In this document: one piece after another, positions 1 through 9,312 of the stretch
Numbering within the stretch: position 1 is the stretch's first letter
How the letters are laid out: the number at the start of each line of letters is the position of its first letter
Assembly (NCBI GenBank): GCA_041657425.1
Contig: JBBABY010000001.1
Location: 85,510-149,509, forward strand
DNA length: 64,000 nucleotides
Source of the DNA: an archaeon
GTDB lineage: Archaea; Iainarchaeota; Iainarchaeia; Iainarchaeales; CSSED10-239
Direction of reading: 5' to 3'
Position numbers and translations under genes: made by a program
The notes under the pieces: generated by a model
Databases searched by the model: none
What the model saw: the letters and a program-made list of their open reading frames with translations, nothing else
Told to the model about the DNA's origin: nothing

Positions 1-1047
1 GGAAATCTGTTACTTACTGTTGATGACCCCACTGGAAAAGTTAATATCGTAGTCATGGATAAACCAGATAATGGAAATGAAACTAACGCAGTTAATCCTA
101 AAGAAATACTAATGGACAATGTGCTTGGATTTAAATGCTCAGTCTTAGGCAAAGATATGCTTATTGCTAAAGAAATAGTATATCCTGATATTCCGTACAT
201 CACTAAACCACAAACATTGAAAGACGACTGCTATGTTGTAATACTTGGAGACACACATGTTGGAAGTAAACTATTTAGAGAAGATGAATTTAATAATTTC
301 ATTGAATGGTTAAATGGATTTAATGCAAGCGACGAAGACAAGAAAATAATCTCTAAAATTAAATATATTATTATTGCTGGAGACTTGGTTGATGGAATTG
401 GTATATACCCTAAGCAATATGATGAACTGGCAATTACTAATATCTTTGAACAGTATAGAGTGTTTGAAGAATTTATTTTAAAGATTCCAGAGACTATGGA
501 AATTTTCTTAATGCCAGGTAATCACGATGCGGTTAGAGTATCTGACCCACAACCAGCAATCCCTGAAAAGTTCATGCCTAATCTTTATACTAAAAAAAAT
601 ATACATCACCTTGGGTCTCCAACTTGGATTGAACTTGAAGGACTATTATTTTTAATATATCACGGAATGGCGCTACACGGGATATTTGGAAAAATCAAAG
701 ATTTAAAAATGGACAAACCTGACTTAGCACAAAAAGAACTAATCAAAAGGAGAGACTTGATGCCACAGTTTGGAGAAAAACAAACATTCATTCCAATCGA
801 GAAAAACTTTTTAACGATTAAAGAACAACCAGATGTTTTTATTTGCGGACACATTCATCATCACGCATATTCTAAATATAAAAGCTGTCACTTGATTAGC
901 ACATCCTGCTGGCAATCCATAACTTCATTTCAAATAGAAATGGGCCACGTACCAACAGTTTCTAAAGCAATACTATTTAATCTAAAAGATCAAAAAGTAT
1001 GTATCAAAGACTTTGAAAAACAAGAAAATAAAACAGAACAGATATGA
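1..1047 (+). CDS. DNA polymerase II (PolD) small subunit DP1, C-terminal part; 5' end outside window
   Basis: Frame 1 is open from base 1 (GNLLLTVDDPTGKVNIVV, OB-fold-like) into ORF 55..1047. Calcineurin-like phosphoesterase motifs VVILGDTHVGS, IIAGDLVDG, PGNHD, GHIHH. ATGA overlap with the following DP2 gene. Confidence 0.9.
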   Translation, partial: GNLLLTVDDPTGKVNIVVMDKPDNGNETNAVNPKEILMDNVLGFKCSVLGKDMLIAKEIVYPDIPYITKPQTLKDDCYVVILGDTHVGSKLFREDEFNNFIEWLNGFNASDEDKKIISKIKYIIIAGDLVDGIGIYPKQYDELAITNIFEQYRVFEEFILKIPETMEIFLMPGNHDAVRVSDPQPAIPEKFMPNLYTKKNIHHLGSPTWIELEGLLFLIYHGMALHGIFGKIKDLKMDKPDLAQKELIKRRDLMPQFGEKQTFIPIEKNFLTIKEQPDVFICGHIHHHAYSKYKSCHLISTSCWQSITSFQIEMGHVPTVSKAILFNLKDQKVCIKDFEKQENKTEQI

Positions 1048-4000
1048 GTGAATTAAATCTATTAGCAAATAAGGAGATTAAAGAATATTATAATAAACTT
1101 ACAAGCGATATAGATGTAGCTGTTGAAATTGCAAGAACTGCAAGAAAGCAAGGAAAAGACTCACATAACGATATTGAATCTATTCCTGCAAAAGGAATTG
1201 CAGAAAAAACTGAACTACTTATTGGTCCGCCAGGTGTTGCAAAAGTATATAATGAACTTTGGGAAAAGCATCATACTCGATTTCCAGTAATGCTTGAAAT
1301 ATTTAATATGATTCTTGATAAAGAACTTGGAAATATTGAAGACCCTGAAAAAAGATTAGATCAAGCACTTAGAACTGCATTAATTATTGAAACAGAGGGC
1401 GTTGTTGTTTCTCCACTTGATGGACTACCATTAATCAAACTTACAAAGAATGAGGACGGAACAGAATTTATTGATATTTATTATGCGGGACCAATTAGAG
1501 CGGCTGGAGGTAACGCACAAACCTTACCTTTACTCTTAGGAGACCTTGCAAGAAAAAAACTTGGTATCGATAGATTTAAACCAAGTAAAAGAGAAATAGA
1601 AAGAGTGATTGAAGAAGCAATGCTTTATCAATCAGAAGTTGTGGCAAGACAACAAAGAGTAACTGAAGCAGAAGTAAGAGTGATGGTGGAGAATTGTCCT
1701 ATCAGAGTAAATAGTTATGCAGATAACGAAGTTGAGATTGTTGCTAATAGAGACATTCCAGGAATTGACACAAACAAAGTTAGAGGGGCAATGTGCCTTG
1801 TTTTAATTGATGGACTTTATGTTAGAGCACTTAAGATTATGAAGACCAGTAAGAAGATTGGACTTGATTGGTCATGGCTTGAAAAACTTGTTAAGGTTAA
1901 AAAGACCGCAGAAGGATTTGAACTTAAACCCTCAAGTAAATACCTTGAAGGATTGGCTGCTGGTAGACCTGTTTTCTCATATCCTTTTAGAGAAGGAGGG
2001 TTTAGACTTAGGTATGGCAAAGCTAGAAACACGGGGCTTATGGCAAAAGCAATTAATCCTGCAACCATGTATGTACTAGACGAATTTATTGCTGTTGGAA
2101 CACACGGAAGAATTGAAAGACCAGGAAAATCTTTACAATACTTTCCATGCTCAACCATTGACGGGCCAATTGTTAGACTTAAGAACAAAGATGTGATTTC
2201 TCTTGATTATGTTAAAGACGCGAAAAAATACGTAAATGACATTGACAAAATATTATTTGTTGGAGACATGCTTATTGCTGTTGGAGACTTTAGAAAATCA
2301 GGACACCCTTTAATCAAATCAGGATATGTAGAAGAAGAATGGCTTGCAGAAACAAATTATCTTTACAGAACAGAAAAAATAAATAAACACGTTCTTGAGA
2401 TGTGTAAAGGATTTTACCAAAACCCTAATCCTTATACAGCCATTGCCTTAAGCTTAAAATATAATATCCCTTTATTCCCTAAATATATCTTTTACTATGA
2501 TCTTCTTAATCACGAAGAACTAAAAATATTAATTAGACACGTAAGAGCAGCAGATAAACTCTTCTCAAATGAAGACGAAAGTACTTCGCGCGAGTCAAGC
2601 GTTGCCGACTCAGAAGATAAAAAAGAAAAAACAACAATTTTAGAAAATATAAAAGAGATCTTTGAAAAAACAATAGACACTATTGATCTTATTGGATTAA
2701 CTGAAATACTTACAAAGAAAGAAACACAAATTATTGGTATCAAGATTGAATATGATACTGAGATCAAAGCCATACTTGAAAAGATAGGACTTGTGCATAA
2801 ATACTTAGAAGAAGAAAATAAAATCTTGATTGAAAAAGAACAAGCATACCCTTTCCTAAAAACTGTTGGAGCAATGAATGCCATTGACCCTATTGAAGAA
2901 TTTAAAGACGAAATTGAAAACCAAGAAAAAACAACTGTAGAAATATTAAGTCATATTTCTAAAATTGAAATTAGAGACAAATCAGGATTTTGGATTGGGG
3001 CAAGAATGGGTAGGCCAGAAGCTGCTCATGAAAGAGTTGTGGCTGGAAAAGTTAATGTATTGTTTCCTATCGGTAAAGGATATGGTAACTCTAGAGATTT
3101 TATTAAAGCAATTAAGAAAAGAGCAGATGGTGCTAACCACAACGACTTTGGAATTAACGATGTTGAGATTAAATCATTTATGTGTCTTACCTGTAAAAAA
3201 ATAATATTTAATAATTATTGTTTTGATTGTAAGACTGAAGCAAAAGAAATTAGAATCTGCTTAAAATGTAATTCACAAACTTCTGACAAGATTTGTAGTA
3301 AATGTAACTTAGAAACAAAAGTTAAGATTGATCATAAGATTAATATTGATAGACTTATTGAACATGCCGCAAACAACCTAAGAGTAGGAATGCCTGAAAG
3401 CCTGAATGGAGTAAAAGCACTTGTTAGTAGAGATAAAGTTTCTGAACCACTTGAAAAAGGAATCTTAAGAGCCAAGCATAATGTTTCTATCTTTAGAGAC
3501 GGCACTTGTAGATATGAAGCATTAAACGCAACCATCTCACAAGTATCTGCTAAAGAACTTGGAATTACACTTGAAAAATTAAAAGAACTTGGATATAAAA
3601 AAGACTATCTTGATAATGATCTTAAAGACGAAAACCAAAGAGCATCAATCTTTCCTCAAGACATTATTGTTGATGACAACTGCGGAGAATACTTCTTAAG
3701 AGTGTCACAATTTATTGATGATGAACTTGAGAAGTTTTATGAACTTCCAAAGTTTTATAACTCTAAAACAAAAGAAGACCTTATTGGCCAACTTGTTATT
3801 GGTCTTGCCCCACACACGTCTGCTGGAATTGTTGGAAGAATTATTGGTTACTCTAAATCTAAACTTGCGTGGGGACACCCTTATTACATAACTGCAAAAA
3901 GAAGAAACGTTGATGGAGACCAAGACTCAATGTTATTGTTAATGGACTCTATGCTTAATTTCTCTAACAGTTATTTAAGTTCAGGAAGAGGAGGAAGAAT

Positions 4001-4658
4001 GGACGCGCCTATTGCTTTTACTACTGTTCTCTCGCCATTTGAGATAGATGATGAATCACATGATATTGAAACAAACACTGAATATCCATTTGAATTTTAC
4101 CAAGCAAGTAAAACCTTTACTGAAGCAGATAAGGTTCCTGAAATTATTAATGCAGGAAAATTACTTGGAACAGACAAGCAATACGATTGTATAAAATTTA
4201 CACACGACACCAATTGTTTTGATGAAGGCCCTAAGCAAAGTTCTTATATTTCCATCAAGTCAATGCATGACAAAGTACAGAAACAAGCAAAACTTCAAGA
4301 AAGAATCCTTGCAGTAGATAACAAAGATTCTTTAGAAAGACTTCTTCATTATCATTTATTCCCAGACATCATTGGTAACACCAGAGCGTTTGCAAGACAG
4401 AAACTAAGATGCGTTAAATGTAATAAAAAGTTTAGAAGAATTCCACTTTCTGGTGTTTGTGATTGCGGAGGAAAATTAATCTTGACAATCGCACAAGGAT
4501 CCATAAAGAAATATTTGGAAGTTGCAAAAAACTTAGTAATTGATTATCAACTAAACCCACATCTTTTACAAAGACTAAACATAAGTGAAGACGAAATCAA
4601 CAGCCTCTTCTCAGACAAAGAAGCAAGAATGCAGAAGTCGTTGTCTGAATATTTTTAA
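1044..4658 (+). CDS. DNA polymerase II (PolD) large catalytic subunit DP2
   Basis: 1204 aa. Motifs GARMGRPE, LAPHTSAGIVGRIIG and KRRNVDGDQDS (acidic catalytic motif). Several CxxC zinc modules (CLTCKK..CFDCK, CLKCN..CSKCN, CVKCNKKF..CDCGG). Translationally coupled to DP1. Confidence 0.92.
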   Translation: MSELNLLANKEIKEYYNKLTSDIDVAVEIARTARKQGKDSHNDIESIPAKGIAEKTELLIGPPGVAKVYNELWEKHHTRFPVMLEIFNMILDKELGNIEDPEKRLDQALRTALIIETEGVVVSPLDGLPLIKLTKNEDGTEFIDIYYAGPIRAAGGNAQTLPLLLGDLARKKLGIDRFKPSKREIERVIEEAMLYQSEVVARQQRVTEAEVRVMVENCPIRVNSYADNEVEIVANRDIPGIDTNKVRGAMCLVLIDGLYVRALKIMKTSKKIGLDWSWLEKLVKVKKTAEGFELKPSSKYLEGLAAGRPVFSYPFREGGFRLRYGKARNTGLMAKAINPATMYVLDEFIAVGTHGRIERPGKSLQYFPCSTIDGPIVRLKNKDVISLDYVKDAKKYVNDIDKILFVGDMLIAVGDFRKSGHPLIKSGYVEEEWLAETNYLYRTEKINKHVLEMCKGFYQNPNPYTAIALSLKYNIPLFPKYIFYYDLLNHEELKILIRHVRAADKLFSNEDESTSRESSVADSEDKKEKTTILENIKEIFEKTIDTIDLIGLTEILTKKETQIIGIKIEYDTEIKAILEKIGLVHKYLEEENKILIEKEQAYPFLKTVGAMNAIDPIEEFKDEIENQEKTTVEILSHISKIEIRDKSGFWIGARMGRPEAAHERVVAGKVNVLFPIGKGYGNSRDFIKAIKKRADGANHNDFGINDVEIKSFMCLTCKKIIFNNYCFDCKTEAKEIRICLKCNSQTSDKICSKCNLETKVKIDHKINIDRLIEHAANNLRVGMPESLNGVKALVSRDKVSEPLEKGILRAKHNVSIFRDGTCRYEALNATISQVSAKELGITLEKLKELGYKKDYLDNDLKDENQRASIFPQDIIVDDNCGEYFLRVSQFIDDELEKFYELPKFYNSKTKEDLIGQLVIGLAPHTSAGIVGRIIGYSKSKLAWGHPYYITAKRRNVDGDQDSMLLLMDSMLNFSNSYLSSGRGGRMDAPIAFTTVLSPFEIDDESHDIETNTEYPFEFYQASKTFTEADKVPEIINAGKLLGTDKQYDCIKFTHDTNCFDEGPKQSSYISIKSMHDKVQKQAKLQERILAVDNKDSLERLLHYHLFPDIIGNTRAFARQKLRCVKCNKKFRRIPLSGVCDCGGKLILTIAQGSIKKYLEVAKNLVIDYQLNPHLLQRLNISEDEINSLFSDKEARMQKSLSEYF
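4613..4658 (+). repeat. Copy 1 of a 46-bp direct repeat; this is the functional 3' end of polD DP2 (DKEARMQKSLSEYF*)
   Basis: agacaaagaagcaagaatgcagaagtcgttgtctgaatatttttaa matches 5611..5656 at 42 of 46 positions by eye. Confidence 0.9.
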
Positions 4659-4664
4659 AAAAGG

Positions 4665-5525
4665 TTATTTATATTTTGGTTTTCTTTTTTTCTTACTTTT
4701 TAATATTAATCTTTTTTGCTTTTCAGGAATTGTTAAATAATTATCTTTATTTGAAATCTTTCTTCCAAGCCCTTTCTCCACTTCTTTTCTTGCATTGCCT
4801 ACAATTGCACCGCCTTTCTTTGCAACCACTTTGGATTTTAAATAACCTTGTGCATCTTCTTTAACTGTAATTTCCTTAGTTACTTTTTCCCCTAACATTG
4901 AGAAAATCAATTCAAACTCGTCCATATGGTCTCTTAAATTTTCATTATTTAAACCTTTGAATTTCTTATATTCGTTAGGCGTCATATCAAAAGTAGCTTT
5001 TGAAATTTCAGCTGTAAGAATTGAAAACTCTTTTTTTTCCTTTACTCCTCTTTTCTTCCATTCGTCAGTTAGTTCATCCCTAACAGCTATCCCTCTAATT
5101 CTCTTTTCAATCCATTCATCGGAGTAACCTTTAGCTATAAAAAGAGCCTTCATTCTTTTTTGAGCAAGCTCTGGATTTTGTATCTCTTGTATTCTTTCAT
5201 AACCCACTTGAGAAAGCCACAGTTTGAAAGGTTCTGCTTTTGGGGAGGGAATTGATTGAATTAATCTAAATGCGCCTTTAATAGATATACAATTTAAATT
5301 TTGTTTACCACCAACTGTATCTATCAAAAGGGGGGTGGCAATTTGCCCCCACCCTTTATTAAAAGATTCGTCTCTTCTTCTCATATCTTTTAAATATCCT
5401 GATGGATCTTTAGAATCAGTTAATACCTCAACTATATCGGTCGCAACAACCCACCATTCTTCATTAAACCAAGTTCTTCTAATTTTCTTGTTTTCAAAAA
5501 TAACTATTGAATTATTTGTTTCCAT
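4665..5525 (-). CDS. Bro-N / DinD-like (phage antirepressor family) DNA-binding protein
   Basis: 286 aa. The N-terminal Bro-N-like segment (IVIFENKKIRRTWFNEEWWVVATDIVEVL, CISIKGAFRLIQSIPSPKAEPFKLWL) and the following region (GYERIQEIQNPELAQKRM, LTDEWKKRG, NLRDHM) resemble the widespread bacterial Bro-N/DNA-damage-inducible protein D family as I recall it. Convergent with polD; the stop codons are 6 nt apart. Confidence 0.7.
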   Translation of the reverse strand: METNNSIVIFENKKIRRTWFNEEWWVVATDIVEVLTDSKDPSGYLKDMRRRDESFNKGWGQIATPLLIDTVGGKQNLNCISIKGAFRLIQSIPSPKAEPFKLWLSQVGYERIQEIQNPELAQKRMKALFIAKGYSDEWIEKRIRGIAVRDELTDEWKKRGVKEKKEFSILTAEISKATFDMTPNEYKKFKGLNNENLRDHMDEFELIFSMLGEKVTKEITVKEDAQGYLKSKVVAKKGGAIVGNARKEVEKGLGRKISNKDNYLTIPEKQKRLILKSKKKRKPKYK

Positions 5526-5610
5526 AAACTTTTCACCAATTATATATACTTTATAATTGGCAATATAAAAAGCTTTCTAGGGTGGCTGTCCAGTGCGAAA
5601 TAGTATTTTT

Positions 5611-5656
5611 AGACAAAGAAGCAAGAATGCAGAAATCGTTATCTGAATTTTTCTAA
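5611..5656 (+). repeat. Copy 2 of the 46-bp repeat; a displaced, orphan polD DP2 3' end (DKEARMQKSLSEFF*)
   Basis: agacaaagaagcaagaatgcagaaatcgttatctgaatttttctaa keeps the reading frame and stop codon of the DP2 C-terminus but has no upstream ORF. About 15 nt after the stop also resemble the sequence after copy 1 (gttatatttc vs ggttatttatatttt). Confidence 0.85.
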
Positions 5657-5675
5657 AAATTAGTTATATTTCAGA

Positions 5676-5819
5676 TTATTTTTTAGCATACTTGAATGGC
5701 GCAGCTTTAAGAGACGAGATTGATTGAATAATTCAAAATGTGCCTTTTATATTTGCACAATCTGTTTCATAATATTTGCCATCATAAGATATTAGTTTCA
5801 GTTGGTAACAAAATGTCAC
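5676..5819 (-). pseudogene. Decayed remnant of a second Bro-N/DinD-like gene
   Basis: The minus-strand translation VTFCYQLKLISYDGKYYETDCANIKGTF*IIQSISSLKAAPFKYAKK* aligns with GQIATPLLIDTVGGKQNLNCISIKGAFRLIQSIPSPKAEPFKLW of the intact gene. It has an in-frame stop at 5733..5735 and a large internal deletion. Confidence 0.55.
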
Positions 5820-5875
5820 CGACTTATTGTGATTTATATCTAATAAATCTATAACACAATTTACATTAATCCTAA

Positions 5876-7960
5876 TCAAGCATCGCGGATACAAAAAAAT
5901 GGCAAAGCGACGTTTTTTGCGTGAGGCTCATGATCGTGATTAGCAGTATCAAATGCATATGCGTAATTGTGGTTTTCAACTTTACTTGTACTGGACCAAT
6001 ATGGGCCACCAGGATAAATCGTAGAATTGTATATTGTATAAATGTCTGGATTTGTAATAGCGGCTATTTGATTTTTTGCGGGAAGATACCAATCACTCCA
6101 ACCATGATAATTTAAATCTGCACAAATGCTTGCTGCAATTGGTCTATCATTACAATTATTAACAATCATATTTGTATTATTAGAACCATTATCATCTGAT
6201 ATTGCCCCAATATATATATACCCTTGACAACCCCAGCTTTTTAAAGATCGATTAGAAATATAGAACGCAATATTTGACTGACCGTTTAGTTTTGCATACG
6301 AAATATCATCATTTACAAAATATAAATTAGAGACAATATTACTTGGTAACATGCCGTCTTTATAAGCTCGTGCCTTTATTGTTTGTTGTACCGTCAGTGT
6401 TATTGGATCTGTATATTGAGAACTACTTGGTGTTGGATAAAGACCGTTTTTTGTATAATAAATTGTTGCTCCAGGAGTTTCACAATTTAGAGTTACAATT
6501 TGACCCCATGGATAAATTCCCCCGCCGGGAGTTACTGTTACTTTTGAAACTGTTGAAACTGTATAATTAAATGTCCCGGTTGAACTTGACAGATATCCTG
6601 TTTTGTAAGCTTTTGCTTTAAGTGTTAAACTTTCACTGATTATGATTGGCTCTGAATAAATTGCAGAAGTTTCAGTTGGTTCTGTTCCATCAAGAGTAAA
6701 TCTTATTGTTGCGCCAGTTGTTGTTGTACTTAAAACAACTCCAGAATTATAAGCGACATTACCTGATGATTGATTTGCAGTTGGAGTTGAAACTGTTGAA
6801 ACTGTATAATTAAATGTTACTATTGCACTTGGCTGATTATTTAGTTTAAATGCTTTTGCTTTTATTATTGTATTACTATTGATTGTAAACGGAGTATTAT
6901 TATAAATAACAGACTCTTCATTTGGTTCGCTACCATCGAGAGTGTATCTTAGGTATGCACCAGGCGTGACCGTTTCTAAAACTACATTAGCACCATAACT
7001 AACATTACCATCAGATGGAGAAGAAACTGGATTTGAAACTGTTGGAGGTATAAAATTAAATGTTATTGTTGCACTTGGTTGATATCCTGCCTTGTAAGCT
7101 TTTGCTTTAATAACTGTTGTACTTGTTATTGTAAAAGGATTAGAATAAATTAAAGAATTTTCTGTTGGTTCGCTACCATCAAGTGTATATTTAATTATTG
7201 ACCCATTTGTTGGTGTGCTTAGACTTACAGACTGACTGTAATTAACATTACCAGGAGGTGGAGAAGAGACCGGAATTGCTACAGTATTAACTGCATAAAT
7301 AAATGTAGCAGTTTCACTAGGATCATAATTGTCTTTGAAAGCTTTTGCTTTAAGTGTTAAACTTTCATTGATTGTAATTGGTCCGGAATATACTGTTGAA
7401 GATGTTGTTGGATCGGTCCCATTAGTAGTGTATCTAATTGTTGCACTACTTGTTGTAGTGCTTAAACTTACTTGAGATTGATAATTAACAACTCCTGATG
7501 GCTGAGATGCTATCGGAGTCTCTGCTATTATTATATAATCAAATGTGGCAGTTAAACTGGATTGCCAATTTGGCTTGTAAGCTTTAGATTTAAGTGTAGT
7601 GGAACGGTTGATTGTTAACGGTTCAGAATAAATCGCAGAACTTTCTGTAGGTTCGCTCCCATCTAAAGTGTATCTGGCTGTTGCCCCAGGAGTTGAGACA
7701 TTGAGGCTTACATATTGAACAGAAGTATATGTATTAGTGTTGGGATTTACGGTAGGTGTTGCTACAATATATAGGTTTGGTCGTAAAGGCGCCTCTTTTA
7801 AATCTGGAGATGATTCAGATAATCCTTTAGTAAAAACCGTTTCAGAGGCTTTACCTATAACTTCTATATTAGATATTAAAAGATAACCAATTATTATTAC
7901 TAATAAAAGTGCAATTATAATATATAAATATTTTTTATTTTTATTATTTGATTTTTTCAT
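5876..7960 (-). CDS. Secreted/anchored surface protein: six tandem ~80-aa Ig-like repeats (chitobiase/hexosaminidase C-terminal-like) plus a C-terminal DUF1566 (Lcl-like) domain
   Basis: N-terminal TM/signal segment YLYIIIALLLVIIIGYLL. Six repeats of the pattern A(T/Y)(I/L)RYTLDGSEPTxxSxxYSxPxTIxxxxxxKAKAYKxG. C-terminus has GWSDWYLPAKNQI...YWSSTS...FFCIRDA, typical of DUF1566. Confidence 0.7.
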   Translation of the reverse strand: MKKSNNKNKKYLYIIIALLLVIIIGYLLISNIEVIGKASETVFTKGLSESSPDLKEAPLRPNLYIVATPTVNPNTNTYTSVQYVSLNVSTPGATARYTLDGSEPTESSAIYSEPLTINRSTTLKSKAYKPNWQSSLTATFDYIIIAETPIASQPSGVVNYQSQVSLSTTTSSATIRYTTNGTDPTTSSTVYSGPITINESLTLKAKAFKDNYDPSETATFIYAVNTVAIPVSSPPPGNVNYSQSVSLSTPTNGSIIKYTLDGSEPTENSLIYSNPFTITSTTVIKAKAYKAGYQPSATITFNFIPPTVSNPVSSPSDGNVSYGANVVLETVTPGAYLRYTLDGSEPNEESVIYNNTPFTINSNTIIKAKAFKLNNQPSAIVTFNYTVSTVSTPTANQSSGNVAYNSGVVLSTTTTGATIRFTLDGTEPTETSAIYSEPIIISESLTLKAKAYKTGYLSSSTGTFNYTVSTVSKVTVTPGGGIYPWGQIVTLNCETPGATIYYTKNGLYPTPSSSQYTDPITLTVQQTIKARAYKDGMLPSNIVSNLYFVNDDISYAKLNGQSNIAFYISNRSLKSWGCQGYIYIGAISDDNGSNNTNMIVNNCNDRPIAASICADLNYHGWSDWYLPAKNQIAAITNPDIYTIYNSTIYPGGPYWSSTSKVENHNYAYAFDTANHDHEPHAKNVALPFFCIRDA
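6314..7765 (-). repeat. Intragenic tandem repeat region (6 units of about 243 bp) of the adhesin gene
   Basis: Repeat units at about aa 66-549. A perfect 30-nt DNA repeat tgaaactgttgaaactgtataattaaatgt occurs at 6545..6574 and 6788..6817, exactly 243 nt (one unit) apart. Confidence 0.8.
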
Positions 7961-8141
7961 GTTACTTTTCCCAATTTATAAATTAATATTAAATATATTG
8001 TGTTGCATAACTCTTTTAAATAATATGGTCACCTATACCTAGGAAGTTGTTTAAATTTCTAAATAACTTCGAAAATAAAAAGATTAATAAAAAAAGGAAA
8101 AAAATATTTGCTTTTTAAAAAAAATTTGAAGATATGTTTCT

Positions 8142-9284
8142 TTAAAACTCAACATATTCTTTAAACTTATCTTGTATCTTCTTTTTTGTTTTTTCATCAA
8201 TCTTTCCAAGCTTTCCTAGAAGATCTTTGTATTCTCTATTGACATCAACGGGTTCTGCAAGAATTACTTTTACAAAAAGAGAACCATGAACTCCTCTTCT
8301 GTTCGGATCTGGAACGCCTTTACCTGATATTTTAAAAGTAGTTTCTGGTCTTGTGTTTGCTGGAATGGAAAGAGTTATTGTATCTTGAATACCTTTTATT
8401 TTTATTTTTGTACCAAGTATTAAGTCGCTGTAAATAATTGGAACTTCACAATATAAATCATAAATTGCTCTCTTAAAGAAATCATGCTCTTTAACAAACA
8501 CTTGAATAAATAAATCACCTGCTTCACCATTGTGACTATTGCCTCCCCCTCTTAATCTTATAACATCTCCGTTATTTACTCCTGCAGGGATATCAACTGT
8601 CATTGTTGTTGTTGTCTTGGTATGGCCTTTTGCTCCACACACTTTACAAGGGTCAGAAATGGTTGTACCATGACCTTGACACTTAGAACAAAGCTGTTCG
8701 ATTGCAAACATACCAAATGGTGTTTGCTTTCTTATCATTGTTCTTCCTCTTCCTCCGCAAGCATCACAAGTTTTTCTAGCTTTTGATTTAGAACCTGTAC
8801 CGTCACAAGCATCACACACAATATCTTTTGGCATTCTTATTTCTTGCTTTCCTCCTTTAACAGAAGTTACAAAATCAATACTTATTCTTGTTTTTAAATC
8901 AAGCTCTGCCCATTCTTGCCTTTTAGTGTGAGACGATTGTCTAAAACCAGAACTGCCAAAGATATCCTCTCTTGAAAAACCAAACCTAGAGAAAACATCA
9001 GACAAGTCAAAATCAAAATCATCACTATCAAAATTAGAAGAATAACTATATCCTCCACTTGTTCCATTAAAAGAAGCATCGCCTACCATATCATATTGCT
9101 TTCTTTTGTTCTCATCACCTAACACAGAATACGCGTGAGTAATTTCTTTTAACTTCTCTTCAGCATTTGGTTCTTTAGAAATATCAGGGTGATACTTCTT
9201 TACTAACTGCTTGTAAGCAGTTTTTAATTCCTCTTGTGAAGAATTTTTCTTAACACCCATTATTTCATAAAGATCTTTTGCCAA
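8142..9284 (-). CDS. dnaJ: Chaperone DnaJ (Hsp40)
   Basis: J domain with HPD (KKYHPDISK). Four CxxCxGxG repeats (CDACDGTG, CDACGGRG, CSKCQGHG, CKVCGAKG). Lies downstream of dnaK. Confidence 0.95.
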   Translation of the reverse strand: MAKDLYEIMGVKKNSSQEELKTAYKQLVKKYHPDISKEPNAEEKLKEITHAYSVLGDENKRKQYDMVGDASFNGTSGGYSYSSNFDSDDFDFDLSDVFSRFGFSREDIFGSSGFRQSSHTKRQEWAELDLKTRISIDFVTSVKGGKQEIRMPKDIVCDACDGTGSKSKARKTCDACGGRGRTMIRKQTPFGMFAIEQLCSKCQGHGTTISDPCKVCGAKGHTKTTTTMTVDIPAGVNNGDVIRLRGGGNSHNGEAGDLFIQVFVKEHDFFKRAIYDLYCEVPIIYSDLILGTKIKIKGIQDTITLSIPANTRPETTFKISGKGVPDPNRRGVHGSLFVKVILAEPVDVNREYKDLLGKLGKIDEKTKKKIQDKFKEYVEF

Positions 9285-9312
9285 TTCTAATCACGTCTTT
9301 TGTATTGTATTT

